From the NCBI GenBank assembly GCA_051418015.1, contig JBPRGF010000017.1, forward strand, positions 288,001 to 352,000: a stretch of DNA of 64,000 nucleotides, written 5' to 3'. Position 1 is the first letter of the stretch. Each line of letters starts with the position of its first letter. Below the pieces are notes generated by a model. That model saw nothing but the letters and a program-made list of their open reading frames with translations, was not told the origin of the DNA and ran no database searches. This document shows positions 48,013-61,004 of this stretch, piece after piece. Source of the stretch: Candidatus Nitrospinota bacterium M3_3B_026 (lineage in GTDB: Bacteria; Nitrospinota_A; UBA7883; JBPRGF01). The translations under genes and the position numbers were made by a program.

Positions 48013-51000
48013 ATGAACGATAACTTAAAAACCGGCGGAGGGTTGTATGACCCCCGCTTCGAGCATGACGCATGCGGTGTCGGGTTTATCGCGGACCTGA
48101 ACGCTGGTAAATCACACTGGATCGTGGAGAGGGGGCTTGAGATACTCAGGAACCTGGAGCACCGCGGCGCCGTGGGGGCGGAGAAGAACTCGGGCGACGG
48201 CGCCGGGATACAGACGCAGCTTCCCCACGAGTTTTTCCTGAAAGAGGCCGCCCGGATCGGGATGAGCCTCCCCGGGCCCGGTGATTACGGCGTGGGGATG
48301 GTCTTTCTCCCCAGGGACAACAGCAAGATAGAAAAAATCAAGAGCCTCTTCGAACGAGCATCGAAAGAACTGGGGCAGGAGGTCATCGGCTGGCGGGCCG
48401 TTCCCACGGACAACTCGAACATCGGCGAGTCCGTCAAAAAGGTGGAGCCCGCCATAGAACAGGTCATCATAAAACGTGGCGGAGACGCCAAAGACCAGGC
48501 CGCTTTCGAGCGCAAGCTCTACGTCATACGCAAATACGCCACGCGGCTGATACACGAGTCCGGGCTGGACGATGAGAAACATTTCTACGTCCCCTCGCTC
48601 TCTTGCGGGACGATAACCTACAAGGGGATGCTGACGGCGCCCCAGCTGGCGGAGTATTACCCGGACCTTTCCGACGAGAGTTTCACCTCCGCGCTGGCGC
48701 TCGCTCACAGCCGGTTCTCCACCAACACGTTCCCCAGCTGGCCGCTGGCGCAGCCTTTCCGCTACCTGGCCCACAACGGCGAGATAAACACACTGCGGGG
48801 GAACATAAACTGGATGAGGGCCAGGGAGTCTTTGTTCGAGTCGGAGCTTTTCACGGACGAGGAAATAAAAAAGCTTCTCCCCATCATCGACGAGGGCAGG
48901 TCCGACTCAGCGATAATCGACAACGCCGTGGAGCTGCTGGCGCTGGCCGGCAGGCAGCTGCCTCACGTGATGATGACCCTCATCCCCGAGGCGTGGGAGA
49001 ACGACCACGAAATGAGCGAGGCCAAGAAAGCCTTCTACGAATACCACGGGACGCTCATGGAGCCCTGGGACGGCCCGGCCTCCATAGCCTTCACCGACGG
49101 ACACGTGATCGGCGCCACGCTGGACAGGAACGGCCTGCGCCCCTCACGATACCTCCTGACCCATGACAACATCGTGGTGATGGCCTCGGAAGCGGGCGTG
49201 ATCGACGTCGCGCCGGAGAACGTGAAGCTCAAGGGGCGCCTGCAGCCGGGCAGGATGTTCGTCGCCAGCCTGGACGAGAACAGGATCATCCCCGACGAGG
49301 AAATAAAGGAGAGGATGTGCTCGGGGAAGCCATACGCCAAATGGCTCGCCGCGGGCAAGATAGAGCTTTCAAGCCTCAAGGCGCCGAAGCGGATCGTCCA
49401 GCCGGACCACGGCGCGATGATCCAGAGGCAAAAGCTTTTCGGATACACGAAGGAGGACCTGAGAATCCTGCTTGCGCCCATGGCCAACGACGGCAAGGAG
49501 CCCATAGGCTCCATGGGGTCCGACACGCCGCTGGCCGTCCTGTCGGACAAGGCCCACCCGCTGTTCAACTATTTCTACCAGCTCTTCGCGCAGGTGACCA
49601 ACCCGCCGATAGACTCCATCAGGGAGGAGTCGGTCATGTCGCTGGTCACCTTTGTCGGGCCGCAAAAGAACCTCCTTTCCGAGACGCCGGAGAGCTGCCG
49701 CGTCATCGAGCTTCCCCACCCGGTGTTGACGGAGGAGGAGGTCGAAAAGCTCCGGGCGGTCGACAAAAGCCACTTCCAGGCGACGTCCATCCCGATGGTT
49801 TTCAAGGCCGGCGAAGGTGAGGGAAGGCTGAAAAAAGCCCTGGACAGGATATGCGCCCACGCTTCGGAGGCGGTGGAGGAGGGGTACAACGTGATAATCC
49901 TCTCCGACAGGGAGGCCGACTCCGACCACGCGGCGATCCCGTCCCTGCTGGCGGTCTCGGCGGTCCACCACCACCTCATAAGAGAGGGGACAAGGGCCCG
50001 CTGCGGAATAGTGGTGGAGACCGGCGAGGCGCGGGAGACTCATCATTTCGCCCTTCTTTTGGGATACGGGGCGAGCGGCGTATGCCCCTACCTTGCCTTC
50101 GAGACGCTGGAGGACATGCGAAAACGCGGCATGTTGAAGGAGGGCATAACAAAGGAGCAGGCGCGGAAAAACTACATAAAGGCCGTGAACAAAGGCCTGC
50201 TCAAGATCATGTCCAAGATGGGCATATCCACCCTTCAGTCCTACGTCGGGGCGCAGATATTCGAGGCCGTGGGCCTGGGCCGGGAGGTGGTGGACAGGTA
50301 TTTCACGGGCACGGCATCCCGTCTTGGCGGGATAGGGCTGGACATCGTGGAGATGGAGGCGCTGACGCGCCACAAGAGCGCGCACCCGGACACGCCCATG
50401 GTGGGCTTTGACGGACTGGACGATGGGGGGCAATACAAGTGGAGAGCCAGGGGCGAGCGGCATTCCTACAACCCGAACACCATCGCCATACTCCAGAGGG
50501 CCACGAGGAACAACGACTACGAGCTCTTCAAGGACTACGCAAGGCAGGTCAACGACCAAACGCGGGAGCTGAACACGCTGCGCGGCCTGCTGGAGTTTTC
50601 CCATCCGGAGCCTGTGCCGATAGGGGAGGTGGAGCCGGAGGAGGAGATAGTAAAGAGGTTTTTCACCGGCGCCATGTCCTTCGGCTCCATAAGCCGCGAA
50701 GCGCACGAGACCCTGGCCATCGCCATGAACCGCATAGGCGGCAGGAGCAACTCCGGCGAAGGCGGCGAGGATCCGGAGCGGTTTAATATCCGGCCCAACG
50801 GCGACAATCCCCGCTCGGCCATAAAACAGGTGGCCTCCGGCAGGTTCGGCGTGACGTCGCACTACCTGGTCAACGCCGACGAGCTGCAGATAAAGATGGC
50901 CCAGGGCGCAAAGCCGGGCGAGGGAGGCCAGCTTCCCGGCCGCAAGGTGGACAAGACCATTGCCAGGGTGCGCCACTCCACCCCCGGCGTGGGGCTCATC

Positions 51001-52557
51001 TCCCCGCCGCCGCACCACGACATATACTCGATCGAGGATCTGGCTCAGTTGATCTTTGACCTGAAAAACGCCAACAACAAGGCCAGGATAAACGTCAAAC
51101 TCGTCTCCGAGGTGGGAGTGGGGACGATCGCCGCGGGGGTCGCCAAGGGGCACGCGGAGGCGGTCCTCATCTCCGGCCACGACGGAGGCACCGGCGCCTC
51201 GCCCGTAAGCTCGATAAAGCACGCGGGGCTGCCCTGGGAGTTGGGCGTGGCGGAGACACACCAGGTCCTCATGCGCAACAACCTGCGGGACAGGATAGTA
51301 GTCCAGACCGACGGCAGGATCATGACCGGGCGGGACGTGGCCGTCGCCGCGCTGCTCGGCGCGGAGGAATGGGGAACGGCCACGGCGGCGCTGGTAGTCT
51401 CCGGCTGCGTGATGATGAGGCAGTGTCACATGAACTCCTGCCCCGTCGGCATCGCCACCCAGGACCCGGGGCTGCGCAAGTTCTACACCGGCAGGCCGGA
51501 ACACGTGGTGAACTTCTTCCGGTTCATGGCCCGGGAGTTGCGCGAAATCATGGCCACGCTGGGCTTCAGGACGGTCAACGAGATGGTGGGCAGAGTGGAC
51601 AAGCTCGTCCCCCGCAAGAAGATAAAAAACTGGAAAGCCAGAAGCCTCGACTTTGGCGGACTGCTCACCGCCGAGGAGGCCCCGAAGAGCAGGCCATACT
51701 GCTGCGTCCCGCAGGATTTCGGCCTGGAGGACGCCCTGGACAACAGGCTGGTCGAGATGGCCCGGCCGGCGCTGGAGCGCGGGAAGCCCGTGAAGAAGGG
51801 GTTCGAGATCAGGAACATCAACAGGACGGCGGGGGCGATGCTCTCCGCCGAGGTCTCGCGCCGGTACGGCGAGGCGGGCCTGCCGGACGATACCATACAC
51901 TTCAAGGTCAAGGGCTCCGCCGGCCAGAGCTTCGCGGCCTTCGGGGCGAGGGGGATCACCTTCGAGCTCGAGGGCGAGGCCAACGACTACTTCTGCAAGG
52001 GCCTGTCCGGCGCGAGGGTCATCCTCTACCCGCCGAAGGGGTCCACTTTCAACCCGAACGAGAACGTCATAGTGGGCAACGTCGCCTTCTACGGCGCCAC
52101 GTCGGGCGAGGCGTACATCCGCGGGCTGGCCGGCGAGCGGTTCTGTGTGCGAAACTCCGGCGCCAGGGTGGTGGTGGAGTCCGTGGGTGACCACGGCTGC
52201 GAATACATGACTGGTGGACGCGCCGTCATAATAGGCCCCGTCGGGCGCAACTTCGCCGCCGGGATGAGCGGTGGCATCGCTTATATCCTCGACCTCGACG
52301 GCAAGTCGCGCCACAGGATAAACACTCAGATGGTGGATATTGAGAGCCTGGAGGACGAGGCGGAGACGGCCGAGGTCAAAGGCATGATAGAAAACCACCA
52401 GACCCTCACAGGCTCCGTCATGGCGCGCAAAGTGCTGGACTCATGGGAGGCCATGGTCCCCAAGTTCATAAAGGTCATGCCCAGGGATTACAAGAGAGCC
52501 CTGGCCGAGCTGGCCGCGGAGGCGGCGGCCCAGAATAGAGAAGAGGTGCAAGTCTAG
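48013..52557 (+). CDS. gltB: Glutamate synthase large subunit
   Basis: HDACGVG, HSRFSTNT, MEPWDGPA, QVASGRFGV, AQGAKPGEGG, CVMMRQCHMNSC. Confidence 0.98.
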   Translation: MNDNLKTGGGLYDPRFEHDACGVGFIADLNAGKSHWIVERGLEILRNLEHRGAVGAEKNSGDGAGIQTQLPHEFFLKEAARIGMSLPGPGDYGVGMVFLPRDNSKIEKIKSLFERASKELGQEVIGWRAVPTDNSNIGESVKKVEPAIEQVIIKRGGDAKDQAAFERKLYVIRKYATRLIHESGLDDEKHFYVPSLSCGTITYKGMLTAPQLAEYYPDLSDESFTSALALAHSRFSTNTFPSWPLAQPFRYLAHNGEINTLRGNINWMRARESLFESELFTDEEIKKLLPIIDEGRSDSAIIDNAVELLALAGRQLPHVMMTLIPEAWENDHEMSEAKKAFYEYHGTLMEPWDGPASIAFTDGHVIGATLDRNGLRPSRYLLTHDNIVVMASEAGVIDVAPENVKLKGRLQPGRMFVASLDENRIIPDEEIKERMCSGKPYAKWLAAGKIELSSLKAPKRIVQPDHGAMIQRQKLFGYTKEDLRILLAPMANDGKEPIGSMGSDTPLAVLSDKAHPLFNYFYQLFAQVTNPPIDSIREESVMSLVTFVGPQKNLLSETPESCRVIELPHPVLTEEEVEKLRAVDKSHFQATSIPMVFKAGEGEGRLKKALDRICAHASEAVEEGYNVIILSDREADSDHAAIPSLLAVSAVHHHLIREGTRARCGIVVETGEARETHHFALLLGYGASGVCPYLAFETLEDMRKRGMLKEGITKEQARKNYIKAVNKGLLKIMSKMGISTLQSYVGAQIFEAVGLGREVVDRYFTGTASRLGGIGLDIVEMEALTRHKSAHPDTPMVGFDGLDDGGQYKWRARGERHSYNPNTIAILQRATRNNDYELFKDYARQVNDQTRELNTLRGLLEFSHPEPVPIGEVEPEEEIVKRFFTGAMSFGSISREAHETLAIAMNRIGGRSNSGEGGEDPERFNIRPNGDNPRSAIKQVASGRFGVTSHYLVNADELQIKMAQGAKPGEGGQLPGRKVDKTIARVRHSTPGVGLISPPPHHDIYSIEDLAQLIFDLKNANNKARINVKLVSEVGVGTIAAGVAKGHAEAVLISGHDGGTGASPVSSIKHAGLPWELGVAETHQVLMRNNLRDRIVVQTDGRIMTGRDVAVAALLGAEEWGTATAALVVSGCVMMRQCHMNSCPVGIATQDPGLRKFYTGRPEHVVNFFRFMARELREIMATLGFRTVNEMVGRVDKLVPRKKIKNWKARSLDFGGLLTAEEAPKSRPYCCVPQDFGLEDALDNRLVEMARPALERGKPVKKGFEIRNINRTAGAMLSAEVSRRYGEAGLPDDTIHFKVKGSAGQSFAAFGARGITFELEGEANDYFCKGLSGARVILYPPKGSTFNPNENVIVGNVAFYGATSGEAYIRGLAGERFCVRNSGARVVVESVGDHGCEYMTGGRAVIIGPVGRNFAAGMSGGIAYILDLDGKSRHRINTQMVDIESLEDEAETAEVKGMIENHQTLTGSVMARKVLDSWEAMVPKFIKVMPRDYKRALAELAAEAAAQNREEVQV

Positions 52558-54024
52558 ATGGGAAAGCCAACGGGTTTCAGGGAATACAAACGCAAGACGC
52601 ACGGCTATCAGCCGGCCATTGAGCGCATAAAACATTTCAGGGAGTTCATGATCCCGCTGGAAAAGGATGAGCTGCGGACACAGGCGGCGAGGTGCATGGA
52701 CTGCGGCACGCCGTTTTGCCACCCGAGCTGCCCGCTCCACAACGTAATCCCCGACTTCAACGACCACGTGTACCGGGGCGAGTGGGAAGAGGCCGCCGGG
52801 ACCCTCCTTTCCACCAACAATTTTCCGGAGTTTACGGGCAGGGTCTGTCCGGCCCTGTGCGAGTCCGGCTGCGTCCTCGGCAAGGTGCTGGATCCGGTGG
52901 CGATCAAGAACATCGAGCTGGCCATAATAGAGACCGCCTGGGAGAACGGATGGATGAAGCCGTCCCCTCCCGCCAGGCGAACGGGCGAAAAAGTGGCCGT
53001 GGTCGGCTCCGGCCCCGCGGGGCTGGCCGCCGCGGACCAGCTGAACAAGGCCGGTCACGACGTTACCGTCTACGAGCGGGCGGACAGGGCCGGCGGCCTC
53101 CTGCGCTACGGCATACCGGACTTCAAGCTCGGCAAGGACATAGTACAGCGCCGCCTGGACCTCATGGCCGCGGAGGGGGTCGTCTTCAAGACGGGTGTCA
53201 ACGTCGGCCCGGACGTTCCCATCGAGTCGCTGAGGCAGGAGCACAACGCCGTCGTCCTGGCCATCGGCTCGACCATCCCGCGCGACCTTCCCATACACGG
53301 CAGGGACGCGAAGGGCGTCCACTTCGCCATGGACTTTCTGGCCCAGAGCAACAAGCGCCTGGCAGGTGATTCCATCCCTGAAGGCGAGGCCATATTCGCG
53401 AAAGACAAACACGTCGTGGTCATAGGCGGAGGCGACACGGGATCGGACTGCGTGGGCGTCTCCAACAGGCAGGGCGCCGCAAGCGTGACCCAGCTTGAGC
53501 TTCTGCCGAGGCCTCCCGAGGGGCGAACCGAGCAGACCCCCTGGCCGACGCATCCCGGCCCGCGGATGTTCTCCACCTCCACCTCCCACGAGGAGGGGTG
53601 CCGCAGGGAATGGTCCGTGCTCACCAAAGAGTTCAAGAAAAACGCCAGCGGCGAGCTGACGGGCCTGAGCCTCGTGAGGATAGAGTGGAAAGACGGCAAG
53701 TTCACGGAGATCCCCGGCTCGGATTTTGAGCTGAAGGCGGACCTTTGCTTCCTTGCCATGGGTTTTCTGTATCCGGACCCTAAGGGGACGATGGAGCCTT
53801 TGAGGCTTGAGACCGACGACCGGGGGAACATCAGGACTGACAAAAGCTACCAGACCAGCGTCGAGGGAGTCTTCGCCTGCGGCGACGCGAGGAGGGGCCA
53901 GTCGCTTGTTGTCTGGGCGATCTCCGAGGGCCGCGAGGCGGCCCGGGAGGTGGACAAATACCTGAACAGCGGCGCCAGCCGTCTGCCCTCCAACACTATC
54001 TCCCCTCTGGACCTGTCGGCCTGA
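52558..54024 (+). CDS. gltD: Glutamate synthase small subunit
   Basis: [46 protein letters not shown]. Confidence 0.98.
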   Translation: MGKPTGFREYKRKTHGYQPAIERIKHFREFMIPLEKDELRTQAARCMDCGTPFCHPSCPLHNVIPDFNDHVYRGEWEEAAGTLLSTNNFPEFTGRVCPALCESGCVLGKVLDPVAIKNIELAIIETAWENGWMKPSPPARRTGEKVAVVGSGPAGLAAADQLNKAGHDVTVYERADRAGGLLRYGIPDFKLGKDIVQRRLDLMAAEGVVFKTGVNVGPDVPIESLRQEHNAVVLAIGSTIPRDLPIHGRDAKGVHFAMDFLAQSNKRLAGDSIPEGEAIFAKDKHVVVIGGGDTGSDCVGVSNRQGAASVTQLELLPRPPEGRTEQTPWPTHPGPRMFSTSTSHEEGCRREWSVLTKEFKKNASGELTGLSLVRIEWKDGKFTEIPGSDFELKADLCFLAMGFLYPDPKGTMEPLRLETDDRGNIRTDKSYQTSVEGVFACGDARRGQSLVVWAISEGREAAREVDKYLNSGASRLPSNTISPLDLSA

Positions 54025-54082
54025 GCGGCGCTCCCGCCGGTATAAAAAGTTGCGGGACCGCCGCCCGATCCGTATAAAATGA

Positions 54083-55609
<1,527 letters not shown>

Positions 55610-55643
55610 CGGTCAGGCCGCTGTCACGCGTGGAGATTGCGTC

Positions 55644-56039
55644 ATGAAGCTGAAGCTTCTGCTGCCGGAAAGGGTCCTGCTCGAGGAGGAGGTGGAAAAG
55701 GTCATCGCGGAGGGCCGCGCCGGGCGTTTCTGTCTGCTGCCGCGCCACGTCAGCTTCGTCGCCGCCCTTGTCCCGGGGATACTTTCCTACACCGGGGCGG
55801 ATGGGCGGGAGAAGTACGCCGCCGTGGACGAGGGGATACTCATAAAGATAGGCGGCGAGACACGCGTCTCCGTGAGGGACGCCGTGACGGGGGAGAATCT
55901 CGCCGAACTCGAGGAGACCGTGGCCGCGCGCTTCGAAAAGCTCGACGAACACGAGAAGATGGCGCGCTCGGCCCTGGCGCGGCTGGAGGCCGGGGCGATC
56001 CGCAGGTTCATGGAGATGGGAAAGACGGTTTATGAATAA
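55644..56039 (+). CDS. atpC: N-ATPase subunit epsilon
   Basis: LLPRHVSFVAALVPGIL, AVDEGILIK, ARLEAG. Confidence 0.92.
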   Translation: MKLKLLLPERVLLEEEVEKVIAEGRAGRFCLLPRHVSFVAALVPGILSYTGADGREKYAAVDEGILIKIGGETRVSVRDAVTGENLAELEETVAARFEKLDEHEKMARSALARLEAGAIRRFMEMGKTVYE

Positions 56040-56349
56040 AGCGCCCCGGGAGGACGAAGACGAAGACGACAGGCGGGCGCTGAGCGAAAAACTCGCGCGC
56101 AAGGTCGAAAGAAGGCTCAAGGCCAGGGGCGAGAGGGACAGGAGCGTCTGGTTCGGCCTCGGCATGTTCGGGCTTGTCGGCTGGTCGGTGGCCATCCCCA
56201 CCCTGATCGGAGTGGCGGCGGGGCTGTGGCTGGACAAGAACTGGCCTTCCGGAAAAGTCTCGTGGACGCTGACGCTGCTGGTCATCGGAGTGGCCGTGGG
56301 ATGCTGGAACGCGTGGTACTGGGTGAAACAGGAGAGCGGGGAGGAGTGA
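56032..56349 (+). CDS. atpQ: N-ATPase subunit AtpQ
   Basis: WFGLGMFGLVGWSVAIPT...GCWNAWYW; operon position. Confidence 0.88.
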   Translation: MNKAPREDEDEDDRRALSEKLARKVERRLKARGERDRSVWFGLGMFGLVGWSVAIPTLIGVAAGLWLDKNWPSGKVSWTLTLLVIGVAVGCWNAWYWVKQESGEE

Positions 56350-56350
56350 C

Positions 56351-56656
56351 ATGGACGGCGTTTCGCCGATTCGGGCGCTGGCCGGAGCGGCCGGGTTTTC
56401 GCTCGCGGGCGCGGGGCTGGGGTTTTTGTATTTTTACGCTCTCTGGATGACGGTTCGAAAGCTGCCGCGCCTGGAGCGCCCCCGGCGGGCGGCGGCGCTG
56501 AGCTTCGCCGCGCGGGCCGCGGTCGTCCTGTCCGGTTTTTACGCCGCCGCGCTGGAGGGCGGGCCGTGGAACGTCCTTGCGCTGGCGCTGGGTTTTGCCC
56601 TGGCGCGGGGCGTCCTCATCCGACGCGCCGTCTCATCCGGAGAGGCGCCGTCATGA
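56351..56656 (+). CDS. atpR: N-ATPase subunit AtpR
   Basis: LWMTVR, SFAAR, GFALAR; three TM helices; operon position. Confidence 0.82.
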   Translation: MDGVSPIRALAGAAGFSLAGAGLGFLYFYALWMTVRKLPRLERPRRAAALSFAARAAVVLSGFYAAALEGGPWNVLALALGFALARGVLIRRAVSSGEAPS

Positions 56657-57384
56657 GGCTGACGCCGGATGTCGTCGTCATCTGGCAATGGGGGCCGGTG
56701 TCCCTGAACGCCACGATACTTTTCACATGGCTGGTCATGGCCATCCTGACGGGCGTCTCTATCCTCGTCACGCGTTCGCTCACCTCGGACGAGAACATAT
56801 CAAAGCGCCAGAACCTCATCGAGTCGCTGGTCTCCATCATGCGCGACCAGATCCGGGAGGTGGTCCGCCAGGACCCGGGGCTGTATCTGCCCTTCGTGGG
56901 AACGCTTTTTCTGTTCATAGCCATGTCGAACCTGCTCGCCATCGTCCCCGGCTACATGCCCCCTACGGGGTCGCTTTCCACCACCACGGCGCTGGCCATC
57001 TGCGTCTTCATCGCGGTTCCCCTTTACGGGATAGCAAGCCAGGGGCTGATCGGGTACATGAAGCTTTACGTCCAGCCGACGCTGATAATGCTGCCGTTCA
57101 ACATACTGGGCGAGCTGTCGCGGACCATCGCGCTGGCCTTCCGCCTCTACGGCAACATAATGAGCGGGACGTTCATCGCGGCGATATTCCTCGGCCTCGC
57201 GCCCCTGTTCTTTCCGATAATCATGCAGGCGCTGGGGCTCCTTACGGGGATGATACAGGCCTACATATTCGCCATCCTGGCGATGGTGTACATAGCTTCC
57301 GCCACGACGACGCACGAGAAGGTCGAAGTCTCGCGCGGCGGGGAGGCGGGAGAGAAAAACTCAAACAGCGAAGGAGAAAAATAG
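56653..57384 (+). CDS. atpB: N-ATPase subunit a
   Basis: LNATILFTW, PPTGSLSTT, SRTIALAFRLYGNIMSG, IQAYIF. Confidence 0.95.
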   Translation: MRLTPDVVVIWQWGPVSLNATILFTWLVMAILTGVSILVTRSLTSDENISKRQNLIESLVSIMRDQIREVVRQDPGLYLPFVGTLFLFIAMSNLLAIVPGYMPPTGSLSTTTALAICVFIAVPLYGIASQGLIGYMKLYVQPTLIMLPFNILGELSRTIALAFRLYGNIMSGTFIAAIFLGLAPLFFPIIMQALGLLTGMIQAYIFAILAMVYIASATTTHEKVEVSRGGEAGEKNSNSEGEK

Positions 57385-57385
57385 C

Positions 57386-57670
57386 ATGGATTACCTTGGA
57401 CTGATAGGCGCCGTGTCGATAGCCACGGCCGGGCTGACCATCGCCATCGGCTCCATCGGCCCGGCGCTGGGGGAGGGGCGCGCCGTCTCCGACGCGCTAA
57501 AGTCGATCGCCCAGCAGCCGGACGAAACCAACACCATTACCAGGACGCTGTTCGTGGGGCTGGCCATGGTGGAGTCCACGGCGATCTACTGCTTCGTGGT
57601 GGCGATGATAGTCCTGTTCGCGAACCCGTTCTGGAGCTATTTCCTGGAGCGGGCCGGAGGGGGGCAATAG
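57386..57670 (+). CDS. atpE: N-ATPase subunit c with Na+-binding signature
   Basis: LGEG, QQPD, MVESTAIY. Confidence 0.96.
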   Translation: MDYLGLIGAVSIATAGLTIAIGSIGPALGEGRAVSDALKSIAQQPDETNTITRTLFVGLAMVESTAIYCFVVAMIVLFANPFWSYFLERAGGGQ

Positions 57671-58441
57671 ATGCTCATAGACTGGTTCACGGTCTTCGCC
57701 CAGATCGTAAACTTTTTAATACTGGTCTACCTTCTCAAAAGGTTTCTCTACAAGCCGATCGTGAACGCCATGGCCGAGCGGGAAAAGCGTATAGCCTCCC
57801 GCCTCGAGGAGGCCGCGGCGAAGACGGCCCGGGCCGAGGCCGAGGAGGCGTCCTATAAGCAGATGCGCGGCGAGCTGGAGGAGACCCGCGAAAAGCTGCT
57901 GGAGGGGGCTGAAAGGGAGGCGGGGGAGAAAAGAAAGGAGCTCCTGGCCGAGGCGCGCGACGAGGTGGACAAGATAAGGAGCATATGGGAGGACGAGCTG
58001 GAAAGGGACAAGGAAACCTTTCTGCGCCAACTCCGCCAGAGGACGGCCGACCGCATGGTCTCCATCTTGCGGGCCGCGCTTGAGGAGATGGCCGGGGCGA
58101 GCCTTGAGCGCGAGGTGGCGCGGGCCTTCCTGGCAAGGCTCAAGAGCCTGGACGCGAAAGAGCGCGAAGCCATCGCGGAAACCCTGGGCAAAAACGGCGG
58201 AGGCGTGACGGTCGTCAGCGGGTTCGATCTGCCGCCGGAGATCAGGGAGAAGATATCGGAAAGCCTGCGCGATATCATCGGCGCCGAGGCGCGGTTTGAG
58301 ACATCACCCGAGCCGATCATGGGGATAGAAATAGAGGCGGGAGGCCGGAGGATCGAGTGGAGCCTCGCGGGCTACCTCGCCGGCCTCGAGGAGGAGCTGC
58401 GGGCGGCGATATCCAAAAACAGGTCCGGGGGCGAGCGGTAG
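57671..58441 (+). CDS. atpF: N-ATPase subunit b (extended)
   Basis: MLIDWFTVFAQIVNFLILVYLLKRFLYKP; long coiled coil; delta-like C-terminus. Confidence 0.93.
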   Translation: MLIDWFTVFAQIVNFLILVYLLKRFLYKPIVNAMAEREKRIASRLEEAAAKTARAEAEEASYKQMRGELEETREKLLEGAEREAGEKRKELLAEARDEVDKIRSIWEDELERDKETFLRQLRQRTADRMVSILRAALEEMAGASLEREVARAFLARLKSLDAKEREAIAETLGKNGGGVTVVSGFDLPPEIREKISESLRDIIGAEARFETSPEPIMGIEIEAGGRRIEWSLAGYLAGLEEELRAAISKNRSGGER

Positions 58442-58444
58442 GTC

Positions 58445-59953
58445 ATGCTCGAAGAGCTGCTGGAGGAGACGCTGGGCGTCATAGACAGGGCCGCCGGGAA
58501 CACCGGGGGCGCCATCCGCCGCTCCGAGATCGGCGTCATAGACGACGTGGGGCACGGCATAGCGCGGGTGAAGGGGCTGCCGGGGGCCAAGTACGAGGAG
58601 CTTATCCGTTTCCCGGGCGGCGCGCTGGGCGTGGCTCTCGATCTTGACCCGGATGAGATAGGCGTGGCCCTGCTGGACGAGTCGGCGGACATAAACGCCG
58701 GGGCCAGGGTTCACAGGACGGGCAGGACGGTGGATACGCCGGTTGGGTATGGACTTCTTGGCAGGGTGGTGGACGGCGCCGGCAGGCCGCTGGACGAGCG
58801 CGGGCTGGTGGATTTTCTTGAGCGGCGGCCCGTGGAGAAGACGGCCCCGCCCATCATAAACCGCGCCCCGGTCACGGTCCCTTTGCAGACCGGCCTGAAG
58901 GTGGTGGATGCCCTTGTCCCCATAGGCAGGGGCCAACGCGAGCTGATCCTCGGGGACCGGCAGACCGGCAAGACGGCCATAGCCGTGGACGCCATGATAA
59001 ACCAGAAGGACAAGGGCGTGATCTGCGTCTATTGCGCCATAGGCCAGCGGTCCTCCGCCGTGGCCAAGGTGGTGGCGGCCCTGCGCTCTGGCGGGGCCAT
59101 GGACAGCACCCTGGTGGTCATGGCCGGAGGGGAGGACCCGCCTGGGCTGCAGTTCATAACCCCCTACGCCGCGACGGCCATGGCGGAGTACTTCATGGAG
59201 CGCGGCCGCGACGTCCTGATCGTCTACGACGACCTGACCCGCCACGCCAGGGCGTACCGGGAGCTTTCCCTGCTGCTGCGCCGCCCGCCGGGGAGGGAGG
59301 CGTATCCGGGGGATATTTTCTACATACACTCGAGGCTGCTGGAGCGCTCCACCCATCTGCGGGAGGAGAGCGGCGGAGGGTCGCTGACGGCGCTGCCCAT
59401 AATCGAAACCCAGGCGCAGAACGTGGCCGCCTATATCCCCACCAACCTGATCTCCATAACCGACGGGCAAATATACCTGTCGCCGGAGCTTTTCCAGAAA
59501 GGTTTTTTCCCCGCCGTGGACGTGGGCAAATCCGTCTCCCGCGTGGGGGGCAAAGCCCAGTTGCCGGGATATCTTTCCGTTGCGGGGGCGCTGAGGCTGT
59601 CGTACTCCCAGTTCGAGGAGATGGAGACCTTCGCCAGGTTCGGGACACGGCTTGACAAAGCGACCCGCGAAACCATCGAGAGGGGCAGGCGCGTTCGGGA
59701 GGCGTTGAAGCAACCGCAGTTCTCTCCCCTCTCCGCCTGCGAGCAGCTGATAAGCCTGACGGCGGTGACGGAGGGGGTTTTCGACGGGATCGGCCTTCCA
59801 TCGATCGCCGCCGCGGAAAAAAGAATTATAGACGCCGTCACGAAAAAAGCGCCCGAAATATGTGAAAAAATCCATGACGGCGGCCAGATCACCGGCGAAA
59901 TGAAGAAAAAGATAATCGACATCGCCCTGGAAACCGTCAAAGAGCTTTCCTGA
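58445..59953 (+). CDS. atpA: N-ATPase subunit alpha
   Basis: [30 protein letters not shown]. Confidence 0.97.
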   Translation: MLEELLEETLGVIDRAAGNTGGAIRRSEIGVIDDVGHGIARVKGLPGAKYEELIRFPGGALGVALDLDPDEIGVALLDESADINAGARVHRTGRTVDTPVGYGLLGRVVDGAGRPLDERGLVDFLERRPVEKTAPPIINRAPVTVPLQTGLKVVDALVPIGRGQRELILGDRQTGKTAIAVDAMINQKDKGVICVYCAIGQRSSAVAKVVAALRSGGAMDSTLVVMAGGEDPPGLQFITPYAATAMAEYFMERGRDVLIVYDDLTRHARAYRELSLLLRRPPGREAYPGDIFYIHSRLLERSTHLREESGGGSLTALPIIETQAQNVAAYIPTNLISITDGQIYLSPELFQKGFFPAVDVGKSVSRVGGKAQLPGYLSVAGALRLSYSQFEEMETFARFGTRLDKATRETIERGRRVREALKQPQFSPLSACEQLISLTAVTEGVFDGIGLPSIAAAEKRIIDAVTKKAPEICEKIHDGGQITGEMKKKIIDIALETVKELS

Positions 59954-59974
59954 ACGGACGGAAAGGAAAATCCC

Positions 59975-60859
59975 GTGGAGACGATCGAGACCCTGAAGCG
60001 CAGGATGGAGAGCGTAGAGGGGTTGAAGTCCGTCGTCCGGGCCATGAAAACCCTCTCCGCCGTCAGCATCCGCCAGTACGAAAAGGCTGTGAAGGCCGTG
60101 AACGAGTATTACGGCGGCGTGGAGCTGGGGCTTTCCGCCGTCATGCGAAAGGAGGACGTCCGGCCCGGCCCTTCGCGCCATCGCGGCCCCGGCCGCCTGA
60201 TCGCCGTGGTCATCGGGTCAGACCATGGCCTGTGCGGGCAGTTCAACGACCGCGTTGTCAACCACGCCCTGAAGGAGGCGCCAGGCCGTCCGGAGCCGAA
60301 GGAGGGCGGGCTCATCCTGGCGGTGGGCGCCCGGGCGCTGGCCAAGCTCGAGAACGCGGGGCATCCCCCTGCCGGATCCATCATGACCCCCAGCGCCATC
60401 AGCGGAGTCAAGACCGCGGCCCGGAAGATACTGCTGACGGTCGACGAATGGAGGTCCGAAACCGGCCTGGACCAGGTGATCCTGTACCACAACTCCCCCC
60501 GTGGTGGAACGGCTTATGTCCCCGTTAGAAGCAGGCTGGCGCCGATCGATCTCGGCAGGTTCCTGAAGCGCGGAGGAAAACCCTGGCCCACCCGCTCGCT
60601 GCCGGCCTGCGCCATGGACAGAAAACAGATGCTCTCCATCCTCGTGCGCGAGTACCTGTTCGTAGCCACCTTCCGCGCCCTTGCAGAATCCCTGGCCAGC
60701 GAGCACGCCAGCAGGCTCGCCGCCATGCAGGCCGCGGAGAAAAACATAGACAACCACCTGGTGGAAATCACTTCCCGGTTCAGGACGCTGCGGCAGGAGC
60801 TCATCACCGCGGAGCTGCTGGATATCGTTTCCGGGTTCGAAGCCCAGAGACGCGGGTAA
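59975..60859 (+). CDS. atpG: N-ATPase subunit gamma
   Basis: SVVRAMK, GSDHGLCGQFN, ASEHASRLAAM, RQELITAEL. Confidence 0.96.
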   Translation: METIETLKRRMESVEGLKSVVRAMKTLSAVSIRQYEKAVKAVNEYYGGVELGLSAVMRKEDVRPGPSRHRGPGRLIAVVIGSDHGLCGQFNDRVVNHALKEAPGRPEPKEGGLILAVGARALAKLENAGHPPAGSIMTPSAISGVKTAARKILLTVDEWRSETGLDQVILYHNSPRGGTAYVPVRSRLAPIDLGRFLKRGGKPWPTRSLPACAMDRKQMLSILVREYLFVATFRALAESLASEHASRLAAMQAAEKNIDNHLVEITSRFRTLRQELITAELLDIVSGFEAQRRG

Positions 60860-61004
60860 AACCGAATTTTCCGTTGATGGGCGTTTTATCGGCAGGTTCG
60901 CGAATCCCTCCCGCCCAAACCGCCATCAGAATAATGAGCGTGGCGTCCGTGTGGCGCGAAAAAACCGGAAACCTTGGTCCGCCACAAGAAGGGGGAACAA
61001 CGAC